64,000 nt of DNA from Callorhinchus milii (taxonomy: Eukaryota). Under the pieces are notes generated by a model. That model did not search any database and had not been told where the DNA came from. It was given only the letters and a program-made list of their open reading frames with translations. The stretch lies in the NCBI RefSeq assembly GCF_018977255.1, contig NW_024704742.1, forward strand, positions 109,494,001 to 109,558,000. The letters run 5' to 3'. Positions within the stretch are counted from its first letter, which is position 1. Every line of letters starts with the position of its first letter. The position numbers were made by a program, and so were the translations under genes. Positions 1 to 15,399 of the stretch are shown here, piece after piece.

Positions 1-3000
1 TTGTTGTCGGTTTTTCTCTCATCTCCTGGAGATATTCTTGTAACCTCAAAGCTATTCCTCTGTTTAACATCCTGTCCCTATCATTATGATCTCTTGGTTC
101 TTCCTTCTGTGAATATGGCTCTACTCGACGTCAATTTTAACCTTTACTTGTAATGGTGCTATATTAGATATAAATGTGAATTGAATAATTTGGCAGGAAA
201 AATCTGATTTTTCGTTAATTACTGTGAGGCAAGCTCATTAAAACATTCGTGAAATTTTTTTTTCGCAAATCTTTTCCTTCGGTAGTTATCAAACATACAA
301 CATAGTGATATAAATCGCATTGAAACCCCTTATATCACTTGCATGGGATGTCCTCAGGATAGAATACCTCTTTGTGAAGGATTCAAACAAGTAATTAGGA
401 GTAAGGGTAGTAAGTTGGAACTTTTTACATGTAGGTTAATATACTTGTGTAATAAATCAACAGGAAGGTCCATTGAAGCAGAGAAGATAAATGGATTCAA
501 GAGGGAATATAATGTGTATCTGAACCGTTTAATAGATGGTGAGAAGCCAGGCAACTGCAGTTGTGTACATCAAAAAGGTCCTTGTGGCCCATCCATGCAT
601 CAGAAATTCCTGTTCTTTTTGTTCATCGTTTTCTCACCTCCTCTCCTGGGAGTTCACTGACTCTGACGCAGGCTATGATTCCAGAGGCTCAAAATATTAT
701 CCATTTGACCATTCTTCATGCCCAGCCTGATTATGTTCCCTGTTCTTACACACTCTCTATGCACATGCACCATTTACAAGTGCAAACGAGAACTTTCATT
801 TTTATCGAAACTTTTCACATGTAAATGTCTTAAGAGTGCGTTCATTGTGTAAAATGACTATTTTTGTAGGCAACATGGCAGCGATTCTGTACACAACAGC
901 TTTTGCACAAAGCTATGGTAGGCAGGAAACAATAATTTTAGCATAGGATTTAACTATGATATACTGGGTGGCCTTTCTTTAGCTCAGCCCTATCTTGTTT
1001 CATCAACAACTGACACACCTAAGCAGCTCTTTTTCTATGAAAATGGTTATCTTTAATTTGACATCTCAGTAGTGTTTGACATGATAAGACTGTTATCTAG
1101 GTTTGATGCTGCTGTAAATGTAACTTGAACAGAAAAGGCACATTAGCAGAAAATCTTCAGCACAGTAGTCATGATTGTACCATTAGTACTGTACACATCA
1201 GCTGTCTGCTTCAAAGGAGCATAAATATGATGTGTAGTATTAAAGTTTTGTCTCAATCATAGTATTTTACCTCATTCTGCAGCAAGTAGGACTAAGGCAA
1301 CAGCTCAGAAACCCTTCCGAGCTAATGAGTGTCATTTTACAGCTTGACTGGTGGGAGGTTTGTTACCATGGAGCAAGTCAAATAATGGACTGCTCTTTTT
1401 TACAATTATTTTCTTTGTTGTGAAGGTACCCAATATCCAGCTGTTTAACTCATCACAATAGTAATCTGTGGGTAATCAGGTCTGAGACCAAATTGACCAT
1501 CATTCATAGGACATCGTGGCTGGTCATTCATTCTCAATCAGCTTCAATGGGCCTCTCACAGAGCTGAAAAGATCATGGTCTTTTTTTGCCAAACTGAAGT
1601 ATCAGGTGATCCCAACAATACTGCAATTGTTCTTAATCGTTTTAGAAGATTGCGGCAGCATTTATGCATCACAATTAGAAATATATATATTTTTTAAAAG
1701 ATTAGGGTAAAATATCCAACACACAAATGTATTTCTATCCAAATTTATCCCCAAATTCAAATTCATTGGCTGCTAATCTTTCTTACAGGACCTGTTGGCA
1801 CAGATTAGCTGCTGATTTGCCTGTTTCACTTCCTAATCAATTATACTTCATAAAGCACTTTGCAATGATTATTTATGCAAAAGATACTAAATAGTTATTA
1901 TTAATACATGAGGCTCCACCTCACCCTTTCTGGTTATCCCAGTGATAATAATACTAAATAATAATAATTCTTGCATTTGATATAGCGCCTTATCACATCG
2001 TTGTGACGTCTCAAAGCGCTTCACAGAACATACTGTAAAGTGAATTGACTGTATATGCTGTTTTGCTGGTAGGTTATTTCCATTCCCGTATTGCAATTTA
2101 AACCAACCAAACATTGAATTGCTTTAATATACATTCTTTAAATGTTTCAACTTTCTGAAATATCCCTTCAGGACATTGCAACAGCCAGTTAAAAGTGAAA
2201 GATAGCAGTATTAGGAGTGTGGTTTCTCTATTGAGTCTTAGTTTAAATGTTTACATTTTTGACATACTGCACAGTTAAAAGGATAGTTTTGTTATGATGT
2301 CAACTTTCAAAAGCAGGCTTGAACAGTATATCGTATTAACTGAATGCAGTGCATTGATTCTGTGGTGCACTAAGGCGTGGAGTAGCTGTGGTTAATATAT
2401 TTAAAGCTATAAAAGGAACAAAAGGCTGTCACAATTCCCGACATGATGCATTACTGCTTCAGGAACATTTTCATTGGAGTGCACTGAGCCCCAATCAGAA
2501 AAATCTTCACCGAGGCCTAGACACCTCAGGCCTTTCCTTGCTCGCAGCCAATTGATCCAACACAGCATTGGCTAAGGGATAGAGAGCAGCTTACCTTTCC
2601 ATCCTCTTAGCTGGGGAGTATTGCATGGTGCAGAGAGACATAATGAGGGTAGATATACCCTAAATAATTAACAATATTTTATAATATATATAATAAAAGT
2701 TACATTTTGATTACCCACACTAATAACTTGAATGCCATTTGGCCATGATATTGCAACATTGTTTCAGAGGGTGTGGTTGATACCTGATAGGCATGTGAAA
2801 TTAGATTTTCTCAAATACATCACATCTGTTGGATTACAGAACAGTACCAGGGACTGTCGCTATGTGCTTTGTCTGTCACTATGTGTTTCTCTAGTGTTAG
2901 TAGGTTTTAGCTGTAAGAGGAACAAAAGTCAAGAGTCAGACTCGGTCAGCATAAGGTACGAGATCCTGTTGGCAAGTGTCACAGCTTCAACTAAAAATAA

Positions 3001-3286
3001 CTATATCACGTTTAAAATGCAAATTGTTTCTTAGAGTGGTCTGATATGTGAAGCATTTGACTCCTCGCTCAGCATGGAACGTTGGTACAGGAAAATGTGT
3101 AAGGGCAGGTAAACAGCTGCCCTGCTTGTATACATATTCATGGTAGTTTTTAACACGTTGTTAGAATAATCTGTCTGAATGAGATTGCTCATTTTAAGGT
3201 ACTGCTTGCTACTTAATGTTAAGTCAGTCTTTGTCCTGCTCAAAGAAAATTGATAAAAGACTGACATCCTCTAACATTTTTCACAG

Positions 3287-3384
3287 GTATCCACAAATTC
3301 ACAAAGAAACTTCGCAATCCATATCTCATTGATAACAACGAGCTGTTGGACTTTCTCTCCAGAGTTCACTCCGATGTGCAAGTG
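3287..3384 (+). CDS. MCTP1: MCTP1 penultimate coding exon (multiple C2 and transmembrane domain protein 1, C-terminal region)
   Basis: tttttcacAG|...|GTatgt splice sites. Translates (G)[32 protein letters not shown], matching the recalled MCTP C-terminus [27 protein letters not shown]. Tail-to-tail with SLF1 as in human. Confidence 0.93.
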
Positions 3385-6300
3385 GTATGTTCTATTTCCA
3401 TCTATCTCGATTACTGTTTTCTTTCACTAACAAGGATCCCAAACAGTGCCTTAGCAGTATCTTGCTTGAGGGCTGCTCAGTACTATTGTAACATGCTGTA
3501 CCAGAGTGATGCCATGTGGATTTGAGTCTCTGGTTTCAAATGTTTCATGGGCACTTGCTAAGCAGAAGCCAGTCACTTCTACACAGGAAGTGGAACTCCC
3601 CTCCCCCACATCAAAGATCAATAGTTCCATTAAAATGATAGTGGAAGCAATCCAGAGCTGCCAATCACACCAGATCAGCTCTCAACTTGGTCCAAAGTGT
3701 TCATCTCTGCTGAACGTAATGCAGACAGTGCAGGAAATCACCAATAAGTCTTATCAGGGTACCACATATGCAACAAAGCATCTGTTATTGCCACTTGAAA
3801 AAGTATTAAGTTATGAGATTTTTCTTTTTCTATTAAAAGTGGAAAGTGTCTTAAATAAATGTCCTCCCTTCAGATCTCAATTCCTCCTTTATGTAGATTT
3901 TCTTTAGAATAAGACCAACTGAATTTTTATTTAGTTTTGCTAAATGGTGAATTTTTTTTAATATATTGGTCACTCAATCCATGACTTGTTTGTTGGACAT
4001 TGCTGTCCACAATTGGCTGCCACATTTCTCCAATAAAATGCAGTCAATCCACTTTACAATATATTCTGTGAAGCGCTTTGAGACGTTTCAATGATGTGAT
4101 ATGGAGCTATATCAAATGCAACAGTTTATTACAAAAAAGTTTCCAAAATAAAATCTGTGGTCTTGGATCTATAAGAATGTGATGCCCAATCAAAAAAATC
4201 ATAGTTTTCAGTAATAGTCAAGAAAAATCAACAGAGATTGTAGCAATAATTGTAAAAAGTATTACTAATATATAAACCCCGACTAGGAATGATCCAACAT
4301 AAAATGAATAAAACAATACAAAATACAATACAAAATTACAGTTGCAAAGCGCCTTTCACTTCGGAGGATGTCCCAAGGCGCTGAGCCTTGGAACGTCGAA
4401 AGGCTGCAGGTATCTCCCAAAAAGGAAAAAAAATCATTGCTTCCAAATCTATTCAGGTGCCACAAAAATCAGCAGAAACTCAGGTTCAGAATTACAGCAA
4501 TGATCTGCTTGGAGAGAGATATTTTAGTAAATTAGATGATTCTCAACAAAATCGGACATTAGGGCAGAAGCAGTAAATGTTCCAAAATATAATTTACATG
4601 ATGTCAGTTCGATGCTGAACGTCTCTGATTTTTATATTCACTTATGTTAAAAAAATGAATAAAAATGTAATTATCGCAGTGTTCATTTTTAAAAGTGTTG
4701 GAAAGACACTAATGATACATCATACACATTCTGATAGAAATTACAAGTGGTTTATGTTAAAGTCAACTGATTTTATGAGGTCTTTATCAGGCATTATTTT
4801 TTCTGTCATTTTTATGGACAGTGCAATTAGAACATTATGCCTTTTAAACCAATCATAAAATTTACACACCTTTCTGTTTTTAAGCAATGTATTGTGTCTG
4901 GGATCAGATGGCTTTTATTTAAAGTTTAAGATAATATAAAATACTTGCTTTGTTAAAGACATTTGATTGAACGCTAATGGTTCATAACCTAAATGTTTAG
5001 AATTTTAAAGGTTCCAGATAAAGAAAGAACTTGCATTTATGGCACCTTATCACTTTGAAACTTCTCAAAGTGCTTAAGATTAATTACTGTCAAGTATAGT
5101 GACTGGTTTTGTAGGCAAATGTGACAGCAATTTTGCACAGAACAAGGACCCACAAACAGCCATGAGACAAATAGCAAACTAATCTGAAGGATTGCTGTTC
5201 AGGACACCAAGAGAAACGTTCTTCTCTTTTTGAGTAGTACCATGGCAACTTTTAACATTCACCTGAAGAATCTTCAATTTCAAATCCATGCAAGATTGTG
5301 CATGATAAGACATATGCATGAAAAATCTTTATGCATCACTAATGACCTTATCTCATTTTGAGTTGAGAGTTCAAGTTACAGACTGGATGACTTTTTAAAA
5401 AGTATACTGATTCAATATATGTAGAAAACCTTTGTTTTACGTTCAGAACATTTCACCCCCAAAATATACAGTCAATCCACTTTACAGTATATCCTGTGAA
5501 GCACTTTGAACTGTCTTGATGACATGATGGCGCTATATCAAATGCAAGGATTATTATTAAGGTTGGTTCAATCCTTTGTCTATTTTAGAATGGTGAATCG
5601 AAAGGCATCTATCTATTCTGCAAATGTTGTATCATTCTAGGTACAGTGTAGTTAAAAAGGCAACCAGTCACACATAATTAAACCCATTACATACTTTTAC
5701 TGTCAAGTGTAGTGACTGATTCTGTTGGCAAATGTGGGCATACTTTTACAGACTGTTGCACTTTTACGTAGAATGTACATTTCGAAGCACTTAACAAATA
5801 TGATAGGGAAAAGGAAGAACTAAGGATGTAAACAAAAGCACAATCAAATATGTGTTTTTAGGTGGGTTTTGAAGGCAGGAAAAAGGGAGACAAGGAAAAG
5901 AGGTTTTGGAAGACAGTTGCAGAGGACAGGGGCATATTGACTAACAGCTCAGTGGTTCAGTACTTTACAAAGCATTAATTAAATCACGCATTAATTATAT
6001 AAAAGTTAAATAAGGAAATTGAAGCCAGAAGTTCTAATTCTTTTAGAGAGATAGCTTTGATCTAAAGTGTTGTACTATATTTTGCAACTAAATAAAATGT
6101 TTATTCTTTGGTTACATAAGTACTTGTTAGGCATCTGCAGAACATTATAGGACATTTGTGCAGATTGAAGGCTGGGCTGAGATGAAGTAATGGTTAATTG
6201 CTCTAAGTACACAGAGACAGTGCCACGAAAGACAGTCCAACTCTGAGATCTTGAGTTCTATAAACTCACAAGCACAACTAGAATGGAAATAATCATTCAC

Positions 6301-6624
6301 TGGGCTTAAGATCCTTAGTTTAAAAACAGCCTTTTGAACAGATTATGTTTGTTTTCTCTGTTCTATTTTCTCAGGAACACACACACAGTCTTAATGTTGC
6401 ATACATACGACACTGTGTTTCCTGGCAGAAGTTTCCTCAGTGCTGTTTTTTTCCCTTTCCACTATTTCTTTCACCCTATTGTCTTCAGTCCAGCTGTGCT
6501 ACTGACACAGCCTTCAAGGGACTGCTTTCTTTTTCCCATCTACAATTCCAATCCTTCACGGTCTTTTTCCTGCCAGTAAAAGGCCACCTAACTGATTGGT
6601 TTCTCAAAATGTATGTTTAAACAG

Positions 6625-6708
6625 GTGCAGTATCAGGAGCTGCAAGAAGATTCAAGTCAGACTTCCAGCTACCACCTGATTTCAAAGAAGAAAAACAACT
6701 CAACCTAG
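6625..6708 (+). CDS. MCTP1: MCTP1 terminal coding exon
   Basis: aaacAG acceptor in phase 0. Translates VQYQELQEDSSQTSSYHLISKKKNNST* (TAG 6706-6708). VQVVQYQEL and KKNN fit MCTP1 rather than MCTP2. Confidence 0.9.
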   Translation: MQYQELQEDSSQTSSYHLISKKKNNST

Positions 6709-8445
6709 CCATCCCCCTCAACCACAGCTAAGCATCTGCTTTCTGAAGATTAGAAAGGGATCAGCCACGAGAGCGCCATTTCCTTTCGTTACTTGGTTAT
6801 TTATTTTGATTTTTCTAATTCAATACAGCATCTGTAAATGTTGTACAATATTGCATTCTCTACATTGTTTGAAAATGTACACACTGCTTATTGTTGTATA
6901 AAGCATTTTTGTTACTTTTTTAAAATTATGTTCTCATGATATTAAAGCTGTGCAGAACTTGCCTAATGCCTGGATCTTCATGAAATATAAATCATAGATG
7001 GCAAATATTCACAAACTGTCCATTGAAAAATACTCCAGTGCAAGAAACACAGTGTGCCATCACAAATTTTGAGATTTTTATTCAAAACAAAGTATTTAAT
7101 CCATTAGTAAAGGGTTCAATGTTAAATAATAAGATTTAACTGCAATACATATGAACAATATCTGAATTGAGTTTCTTTCTCCTTTTGCTTAACACAAATC
7201 CTTTATTTATATGTCCATCTGCAAAGTTAACATTTTTCTAATGGCACTACAGATGAAAAGTACAATTTTATTTTTTAAAGGTATTTGTGGAATTCTGGCA
7301 CTACATAAGTGACATTTTTCGTATTGTATGTGTAAGGAATAGTGCAGAGTCAAGATAAGTGGTCGTTCTTTCTACAAATATTGCTGTGTTTAGGCTGCTG
7401 GAAGCAAAGTAACGTTGCTTCCAGCAGTACAGCCATGTGAAATTTGGGAAGCCTAATTTATACCTATCACTCTTATTAGGGCTGTGATCACATGCACGGA
7501 ACTATGCAGTTGATTGTTCATTTTCTGCTGTTATTAAAGAGCTGGTTGTCTGAAATATGGGAAAGGATATCTGATATTGGATTGAACCTGCTGTCTTTAT
7601 ACCACAGTGGTCCACTTCTACAACTCAGATATTTCAGGTAACACCCGGAACAGGGTTCCAACATGTTTCCCACTGGATCAACTTTGATTTATAACTATGC
7701 ATTACACAACAATTCTTTACCAAAATCACACCAATTGTCCAAACGTGTATGGTATAAATGCACCATTATGTTAATCTGGGTTTGAATTGAGACATTTGTT
7801 TTTCATTTACATCATAAAATATGTGTGGCACACAGATCAGCCGATCTTTTTGCTTGCATATAAAGTATGATTTTTTTAGGCAAAAGAGAGAATTGGCTTA
7901 CTTTCTGGAATTTTATCCAGCCTAACTATTCCAGTGCAAGAGGCATCTCTTTGGCAAAACATATAACGGCAACTGAATTCACCTCACTTGAGTGCTCATG
8001 GCATGCAATCTAGACAAACTCTAACCATTGTGTTTGAAAAGAAATTATTTTTAAATTGTTAAAATTCCAATTGCAGCTTTGATGTTGGTTAAATCTATAA
8101 AAATCTTGTAGTATGTGAATATATGCTGCATATTGCAATATGCATTTTGGACTAAATTTAATATTGCGTCTATCCCAGGATATGGTTGTGTGTCTTGAAC
8201 TTAATCTGCAAAAATGAGCTAAGCACTATAATGAGTGTTTCATGGCAAATCATCAAAAGAGAATTGCATCTATGTGAAGCATGATGATAGTTTTGCAAAA
8301 CATTTGTAATTTATCTTTTGTCTTAAAGATATTCTGCTGCCAAATATATTTACAGACACTACACCGTTTCTGATTCTGGTTTCTCTGAAAACAACAATAT
8401 TCCAATCATTAAGATAATAATTCATCTGAAAACCACTGGTCATTT

Positions 8446-9365
8446 CAACAACAACAACAAATTACATTCGTATAGCGCCTTTCACATCAGGAGGATGTCC
8501 CATGGCATTGGACAGACAGGGATCCGTACCCGAGGGGTGGAAGGTGGGGAGGGTAGAAGTAGGATGGTGACTGATGGCACGGTCGAAGAGGAGGGTCTTG
8601 AGATGGGTCTTGCAAGAGGCAAGGGAGGGGGGCCATGTACCGTAGAAATAATAAGGTTAAAATATTCTCTTACACATAGGAATTAGCAACTTTTATTGAT
8701 ATAGTGTTCACACAGCCACATCACTGATCTTCAGAACCATTTGTGGTTATTTTTGAATGTGAATGTTAGTTTACAATTTACATTTATACAGCACCGTTCA
8801 CATTGGGAGGACGTCTCAAAGCACTTATTTGTTGCTTATCTGAGATTTATGTATCCTACCATTTTGCATTTGCTATCTCTTCACGGATTGACTGTAAGAT
8901 CCATGTGCTTTGGAGGATTACTGCGATCTCACTCCCTGACCACTCCCTACTCTCCTCCAACTCTGCCTGCTTCATGCCCCCACCTGCTCTACCCTACTAT
9001 TTACAGCCAAGCTTTCAGTCATTTTGCTCCTGTCTTCTACAACTCTTTCCTGACATTCCTCCGCTCCCCTCTTTGCTTTCAAAACTCAAGGCCTTCAGCT
9101 GTCTCTCCTCTACTCCTCTATCTCCATCCAACTCGAGGTCCCACATGTCTTCTATACATCCTTTGTCCCCTCCCCTCCACCATCCGCAGCCGTGCTTTCA
9201 GCCACTATGCCCTGATTTTCCGCAACTCCCTGCCTTAATCTCTCAGTTTTGACTTTACTCTTCGACCATGCCTTCGGACACCTCCCCTCTCTTTCTAGTT
9301 CGGTATTAAACCACACCACTCTAAGTTGTTACTTGCGTGTAGGATGCTATATAAAGCTAGTTGTT
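8446..9365. mobile_element. Short L2 3' fragments (minus 8446-8632; plus about 8915-9365)
   Basis: L2 tail (caa)n-attacattcgtatagcgcc, and RAFSHYA..RNSLP remnants. Confidence 0.7.
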
Positions 9366-12221
9366 ATCTTTCCCCTCCCCACTCAGCTCCCACTCTCAGC
9401 TCGGCTGCCAAGCCAGGACTGTCGAGCACCTTTGAATGTCTGCCCCAAATTTATATAAATTTACAACAACTACTTGCATTTATCTAGCGCCCTTCACCGG
9501 GGTAGGGTCCCAGAGCACAAATTTATATTGTGTAGGATAGATTTTGCACATTGCTAAGGGGTCACTGGTATAGTTGTAGTGTGTATCGCCAGAAAAGCAA
9601 GAGGAAACATCACCAGTGACGTGGAGAAATATATAGACTCCCAAGATATTTTTCATTAAAACCTTAAATGAATTTTGATGCTCACCTACAGAATATACAG
9701 CTAATGCACTGTACAATAAATTCTGTGAAGCACTTTGAGACATCCTCTACACATGAAAGACACAATATCAAATGCAAGGATTATTTTATAAAATATGCTT
9801 GCTGGATGAAAACTCCAGAAATATTGTTAGAAATACAAATGTTCATGGATTTAAAAGCAGGCTACAGGACAATGGCCTTCCATACTGCAAACATCCTTGG
9901 ATTTTAACTATTTAAATGTGTTTGAATGTTTTGTACTTGCAAAGAGATCCTGTGCACCTAAAAGATCTGATGCAACATTAGAATTTTGTAACAACCAGAA
10001 TAGAAACTGAATGAATATGACACACATTGCAGAATGAAGGTCAGTTGCTAAAATTAATACATTCCTTCAGGCACCATCCTTTTTTGATAAGACAAGTCAT
10101 AACATGGCAGGTAAAGAGACATGGGACCAGAAAGGGGTACATACCTCCAAACCAGAATGTTAAATATGATTACCAGAATTCAAAGCACAGTTTAATAGAA
10201 TCAAATTGTTTAATAACCACACATTGCATTGTATTCACGTATTTAGAATAACAGATCCAATAGTTCTTTGTTCTGAAAAATTTGCACTCCTCAAAAAGAG
10301 CCCCAGTAAATTACAATTTAGTTGTGGTCATAATTCATGCATTAAGTTTTGACGTATTTAAGGGCTAATCGGTGTGACTAGAACATGCCTGGAAAGTTGT
10401 CAAAATTGCATAAATCTATCATTTTTTTCACCTGGGATTTTTTTTTAGCAGGACCGTTTCAAACCAACCAGTATAATTTAATCTGAATGGGTAAAACTTA
10501 CATTAATTAGATTTAGTTATGGACTCTCCAGCAGGAGCATAGTGCATTTTAATAAGATTAATGTCAGAAGGCAGTTTGTATGATCAATCAACCAGCTACT
10601 CAGTCAATGTACTTGTCAGTTGATAAATATATGGATTATATCTTAATAATGCCATGACAGTCTGAAGTCTGTTCATTTGATAGCACCGGTTGGAATATTC
10701 AACTAAACACTAAGAATCAAATAGCCTGCAACCTGGTAGAGTATTTTGAATCTTGAAGGGAGGTCTGTCTCTATCTGTCTGTCTATGCTATCAGGAGATT
10801 ACAAAATACCTTTTCTGTTGAATGGAGAGGAAACAAACTACCTCCCTAACTACCTACAAGGTTTGAGTCATCACACTTTGAGATCATTCGAAATTCTTGA
10901 AGCCAAAACAGACGTCTAAAGTATATATCTGTTTTGAAGTGCCTTATTTTCACTCTTCTTTTGAAGTTTGTGGCTCATGGTAAGTTTCATGGGATCCCAT
11001 ATCTTATGCAAGTGATCATTCTCGATGTGTGAGTGTTAAAACTGTAGGAACTGAATAGATGCACTAACAGAGGAGCACCGAGGCCCCTTATACTGTATTG
11101 CTTACTACTTCCGATGAGATCAGCTAACTAGAATGGACATATTGGGCAGTACTTTTTCTTCCTGAGCTAGTCTAACTTTAGATTTAAATCCTGTTATATT
11201 TACTACAATGGTGAAGTATGAACTGCAAATGTTCTTTTGAAAACCAACCAGAACTTTCCTTTCCCATATGTCTGTTCATAGGCGAAAAATCATTAGGGTA
11301 GAAATTAGCAAAAACAACTTGCATTTATATAGCGTCCCTCACAGGATAGCATCCCAGAGCCCTTGAGAAAAAGTGTAAGGAAAAAGGATACAAAACTTGC
11401 TGAAAACAGAGAACAATATTTTGGGATCTTATATGACAACGTAATATCACAACACGTTTGCTAAAGATCATTTAAAAATAGTCTATTCAAATCAAAATGC
11501 TTTATGCTCGGTTTTACAGTAAAATAGATGAGCATTCTACATTGAGCCCAAGCTTGGAATTCTACTGTGATGTTCAGAAAAAGGGCTGTTATGTTTAACT
11601 TTAAAAACGTGCTGTTGATTAAAAGTGATTGAAGTAATAATTCAGCAGAGAATAGCAAGAAACTTGAACACAAGTAGATATTGGCATCATCTTCTTGCTA
11701 TCCTGCCTTTAAAAACTTTCCAGTATGAAATGAGGGGAAAGAAACCTCACACTGAACTTGAACTTTAGTTCTGCCATTTCACAACTGCTCTGCAGAGATA
11801 GAGTACAATGAAAGGTCCGCCTTCATCCGAATATTTCTATATGTTGAATCATGCAAAACTGAGCAATATGTTTTCAGAGAATGATATAGGAAGACATAAA
11901 TAAGAAGTTCAATCCATGTACCACAGAGTTGTTAGTCATTGTGCAGCTGTACTTGATAGGACCACCATGCAAGCTAACCAAGGTGGTGGTAGGAACAGCT
12001 GTGATTACAGTACTCATTTAATGAAATACTAATTTTGGAGTTTCTCTTTGCCCCTCCCTTCCAAGCAGCCCTTCACCTCCAGATGTCTGTTCTCAGGACA
12101 GAGCAGAACATGGAACTCTGACGATTTCACTTCTCAATATTTATATTGAGCAAGATTGGACTTTGTTGTGAAAACCTCCACCTAAAGATTTAGCACAACG
12201 AACATAAATCTCAACAGTAAC

Positions 12222-12392
12222 AATAATAATCCTTGCATTTGATATAGCGCCTTATCATGTCTTCGAGTCGTCTCAAAGAGCTTCACAGAATATACTGTAA
12301 AGTAAATTGACTGTATATTTTGGGGCTGAAATGCGGCAGCCAATTATGCACAGCAGTGTCCCACAAACAGTCATGGATTCAATGACCAAATT
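12222..12392 (-). mobile_element. 5'-truncated SINE copy (similar tails at about 1958-2062, 3960-4120, 5450-5560, 9680-9790, 27430-27535, 30240-30355, 48960-49065, 55905-56072)
   Basis: Shared tail motif aataatccttgcatttgatatagcgcc...cttcacagaatatactgtaaagt. Confidence 0.8.
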
Positions 12393-12927
12393 ATTATTTA
12401 TTATTATATATTATTTTGTATGACATTTTGTGAAACACAATAGTTCAACAACAAGATTACATTTGTATAGCGCCTTTCACATCAGGAGGACGTCCCAAGG
12501 CGCTGGACAGTACAGAATTTCAGACCCGACCTGGGGTCAGCGAGGGGAGAAGGGAGGGGAGGGGGAAAAAAAAGTTCAAACTTTTCTGGCTAAGTAACAA
12601 AGGTATTACATCTGAAATTCTGCCTTTGATAGCCATCCCAGAAGGAGTTTATGTCCACTTGTGTTGGGTTACAAAAACATCCACACCCACACAAAGATTT
12701 TGGTTCCAACAGTTTGGATCTTTTCGGATCATCCACTTTGTTAAGACCATCTAATTTGTGTCTCATATAATGAGTCTCAATAAAAGACTCATCTCTTTTT
12801 TAAAAAAAATTATCCCTTCTTGCAATCAAAAGTCAAAGCCACACACCATACTTCAGTCTTAAATAACATAGCTCATTTACATCTTCCATTAGCTACCTCC
12901 AGTAAAGAAAACACTTGTAACATGAAA

Positions 12928-13490
12928 CATAGAATCAAAGAATTACACAGCACAGAAAGAGGCCATTCGTACCATTATGTCTGCCGGCTCTTTGAGAGCT
13001 ATCCAAATAATTCCCTCTCCCCTACTCTCTCCCCGTAGCCCTACAAACTTGTCCTCCCAAAATAATTATCTACATCTCTCTTAAAAGTTGTTATTGAATC
13101 AGCTTCCACCACCCTTTCAGGCAATGCATTCCAGATCTGAACTCAATGTGTGAAAAAAATTCTCACCTCGTTTCTTTTAACAACTATTTTAAATTGGTGC
13201 TCTTGGGTTATCAACCGACCTGCCAGTGGAAATAGTTTCTCCTTGTTCACCCTATTGAATCCCCTCATAATTTTGAACACTTCGATTAAATCTCCTTTTA
13301 ACTTTCTCTGCTCCAAGGAGAATAATCCTAGCTTCTCTAGCCACTCCTCATAACTGAAGTCCCTCATTCCTGGTAAATCTTCTTTGCACCCTCTCCAAGG
13401 CCTTGACATCATTCCTAAAGTGTGGTGCCCAGAACTGAACACAGTACTCTAGCTGAGGCCTAACCAGTATTTTATAAAAGTTCATCGTAA
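12928..13490 (-). mobile_element. CR1-clade LINE 3' fragment
   Basis: [32 protein letters not shown] is the typical CR1 ORF2 C-terminus. ATTCTATG-type 3' end. Confidence 0.9.
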
Positions 13491-15399
13491 TATATATCAA
13501 ACATATACTACTCAACCGTAAAAAGCCAATTAAAACACTCAGTTCAGATCTTTCTTATCCCCTAAAAAGTGAAGCACAATAATACCAACCATGAAGCCTT
13601 TCAGGTCAACAATGAGCCCCGAACTTACTATACACCCTCTAGTACTAGGTGTCACCCTGGCTCAGTTAGTAGCATTCCAGTCTCTCGAGTCAGAAGGTTC
13701 TGGGTTCAAACTCCATTTCGGGACACTGAATTCAGTCCAGTGTAGTTCTGAAAGATTGCTGCATTGTCTGAGGTCCCATCCGTTTCTTCAGGTTGATGTT
13801 AAAGATCCCATGGTTTTATTTGAAGAGAGAAAGGAGTTTCTACCCAGTGAAACTGGTGAACATTCCCCCAGGTAAAATTGGTCCTACACTAAATGGTTAA
13901 TTGTGGAACATTCCAAAAGTTGCTGCCATGTTCACCTGCAAAAAAATTACAGATCAAGTTACTAGACATCTGTGCTTTCCATTGAACTTTACCCAAATCA
14001 CTTTTTTGAGAAAGAAAGAGAATTATGAACACCTAAAACACTGACACCTCCTGTGCCTTCTTGGCCCATGGGTGTTGGCTTTACCTATAAATTCATAATC
14101 ACTTTGAGACATTGGCACTATATCAAAGTGCAAGGGTTATTATAATGATCAGGATTTCTCTTTTTGAATTATATTTGTATTCTTTGCATTGCTACTGTAC
14201 AAGAAATGGTTGTACTGTAGACTGACATTTTTGCTGAGTGTTACACTATGAATGTTTGCAAAAGGGCTTCTTAGATGCGTTCAGTTCTGTTACATGGGAT
14301 GAGGTAGTTTTGCCTAAGGGACCTTGTCCACCTACACAGCAGTCCTGCAGCTTAGCTGATGAACCGTGTATTGACTCTTCCAGTTTTACTTCTGACTGAG
14401 ATCATCCAATAAGGAAAGCCTTGGATTTGACATTTATACAAACTGTGATTCAAACTGGCTGTGTTCAAAGACAAACACTTTGGTGCTGGGAAGGATTAAT
14501 TTCTTTGATTTTGAATGATACAATTTTCATAAAAGCATTCAAACTCTAGTCAAATCCCACAGGAAAGGAAGGCCATTTACCACAAATACATTAAACCCTC
14601 CTCTGATGGGTCTCCACACACCAAGAATCTTCAAAGCAGTTTAGTTCAGCCCACAGGGGAAAGACTGCTTACATTTTTACCACTGACCATTAAGTTGCAC
14701 TCATTGCAAGAGACACGCAACAAACATCAGCACCTTGCATAACTACAATTCATGCTATCCTACTTCAAAGTCAGTCAATGTATGCTTTTTAAAAGGTGAA
14801 AGAACAGAACAGGTCAGTAGCTATCAATATCCCGAGATCATTAATAACAGCAGGTTCTAAAAGCAGCAAGGTTACAAACACCAGAGTGCCTGTTATTTTC
14901 TGAATCAGTTCTTATGTTCACAGGAAGAAATTAGAACTAAGCATGGAATGAGAAAAAGGTCACGAGGCATTCTTTCCAGAGCCACACGAAAGTAATCGAT
15001 CATAACTCCCATCACCTCTGCATCTCCTGAAGTAGCAGAAACCATCCGATGGAGTACTGTATTTTGTTCTTTACACTCTATATCTTGTATCAGCAAATTC
15101 AAGAGTGAATTAGATATTTGCCAAATAAATTGAGGGACAGGAGAGGTTTTAAAATTATATATTTGAGATCTGCCTGATATACATATATGTTACCATCCTA
15201 TACATTCCCATATATGATAATTTCCAATGAAGAAATCAAGCAAATATCTCATTTTGCGGATGTCCTAGTAATTACGGTAAATCATAATTCTAGAAAATGC
15301 AGTGTGATTTAATTTCATAAATTCCAAAAACTATTCCTATTTAAGTTCTTTTTATTTTAAACTTAGCTTCTAGTTCTCTCCGGTTCTAAACAACCTTTA

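Noticed and set aside
3506..3907. 133-aa plus-strand ORF in the last MCTP1 intron
   Set aside because: GTG start and no homology. The MCTP1 exons on either side already join in frame without it.
14905..15102. 65-aa minus-strand ORF between MCTP1 and SLF1
   Set aside because: Non-ATG start, no recognisable homology or exon structure, and a length expected by chance.
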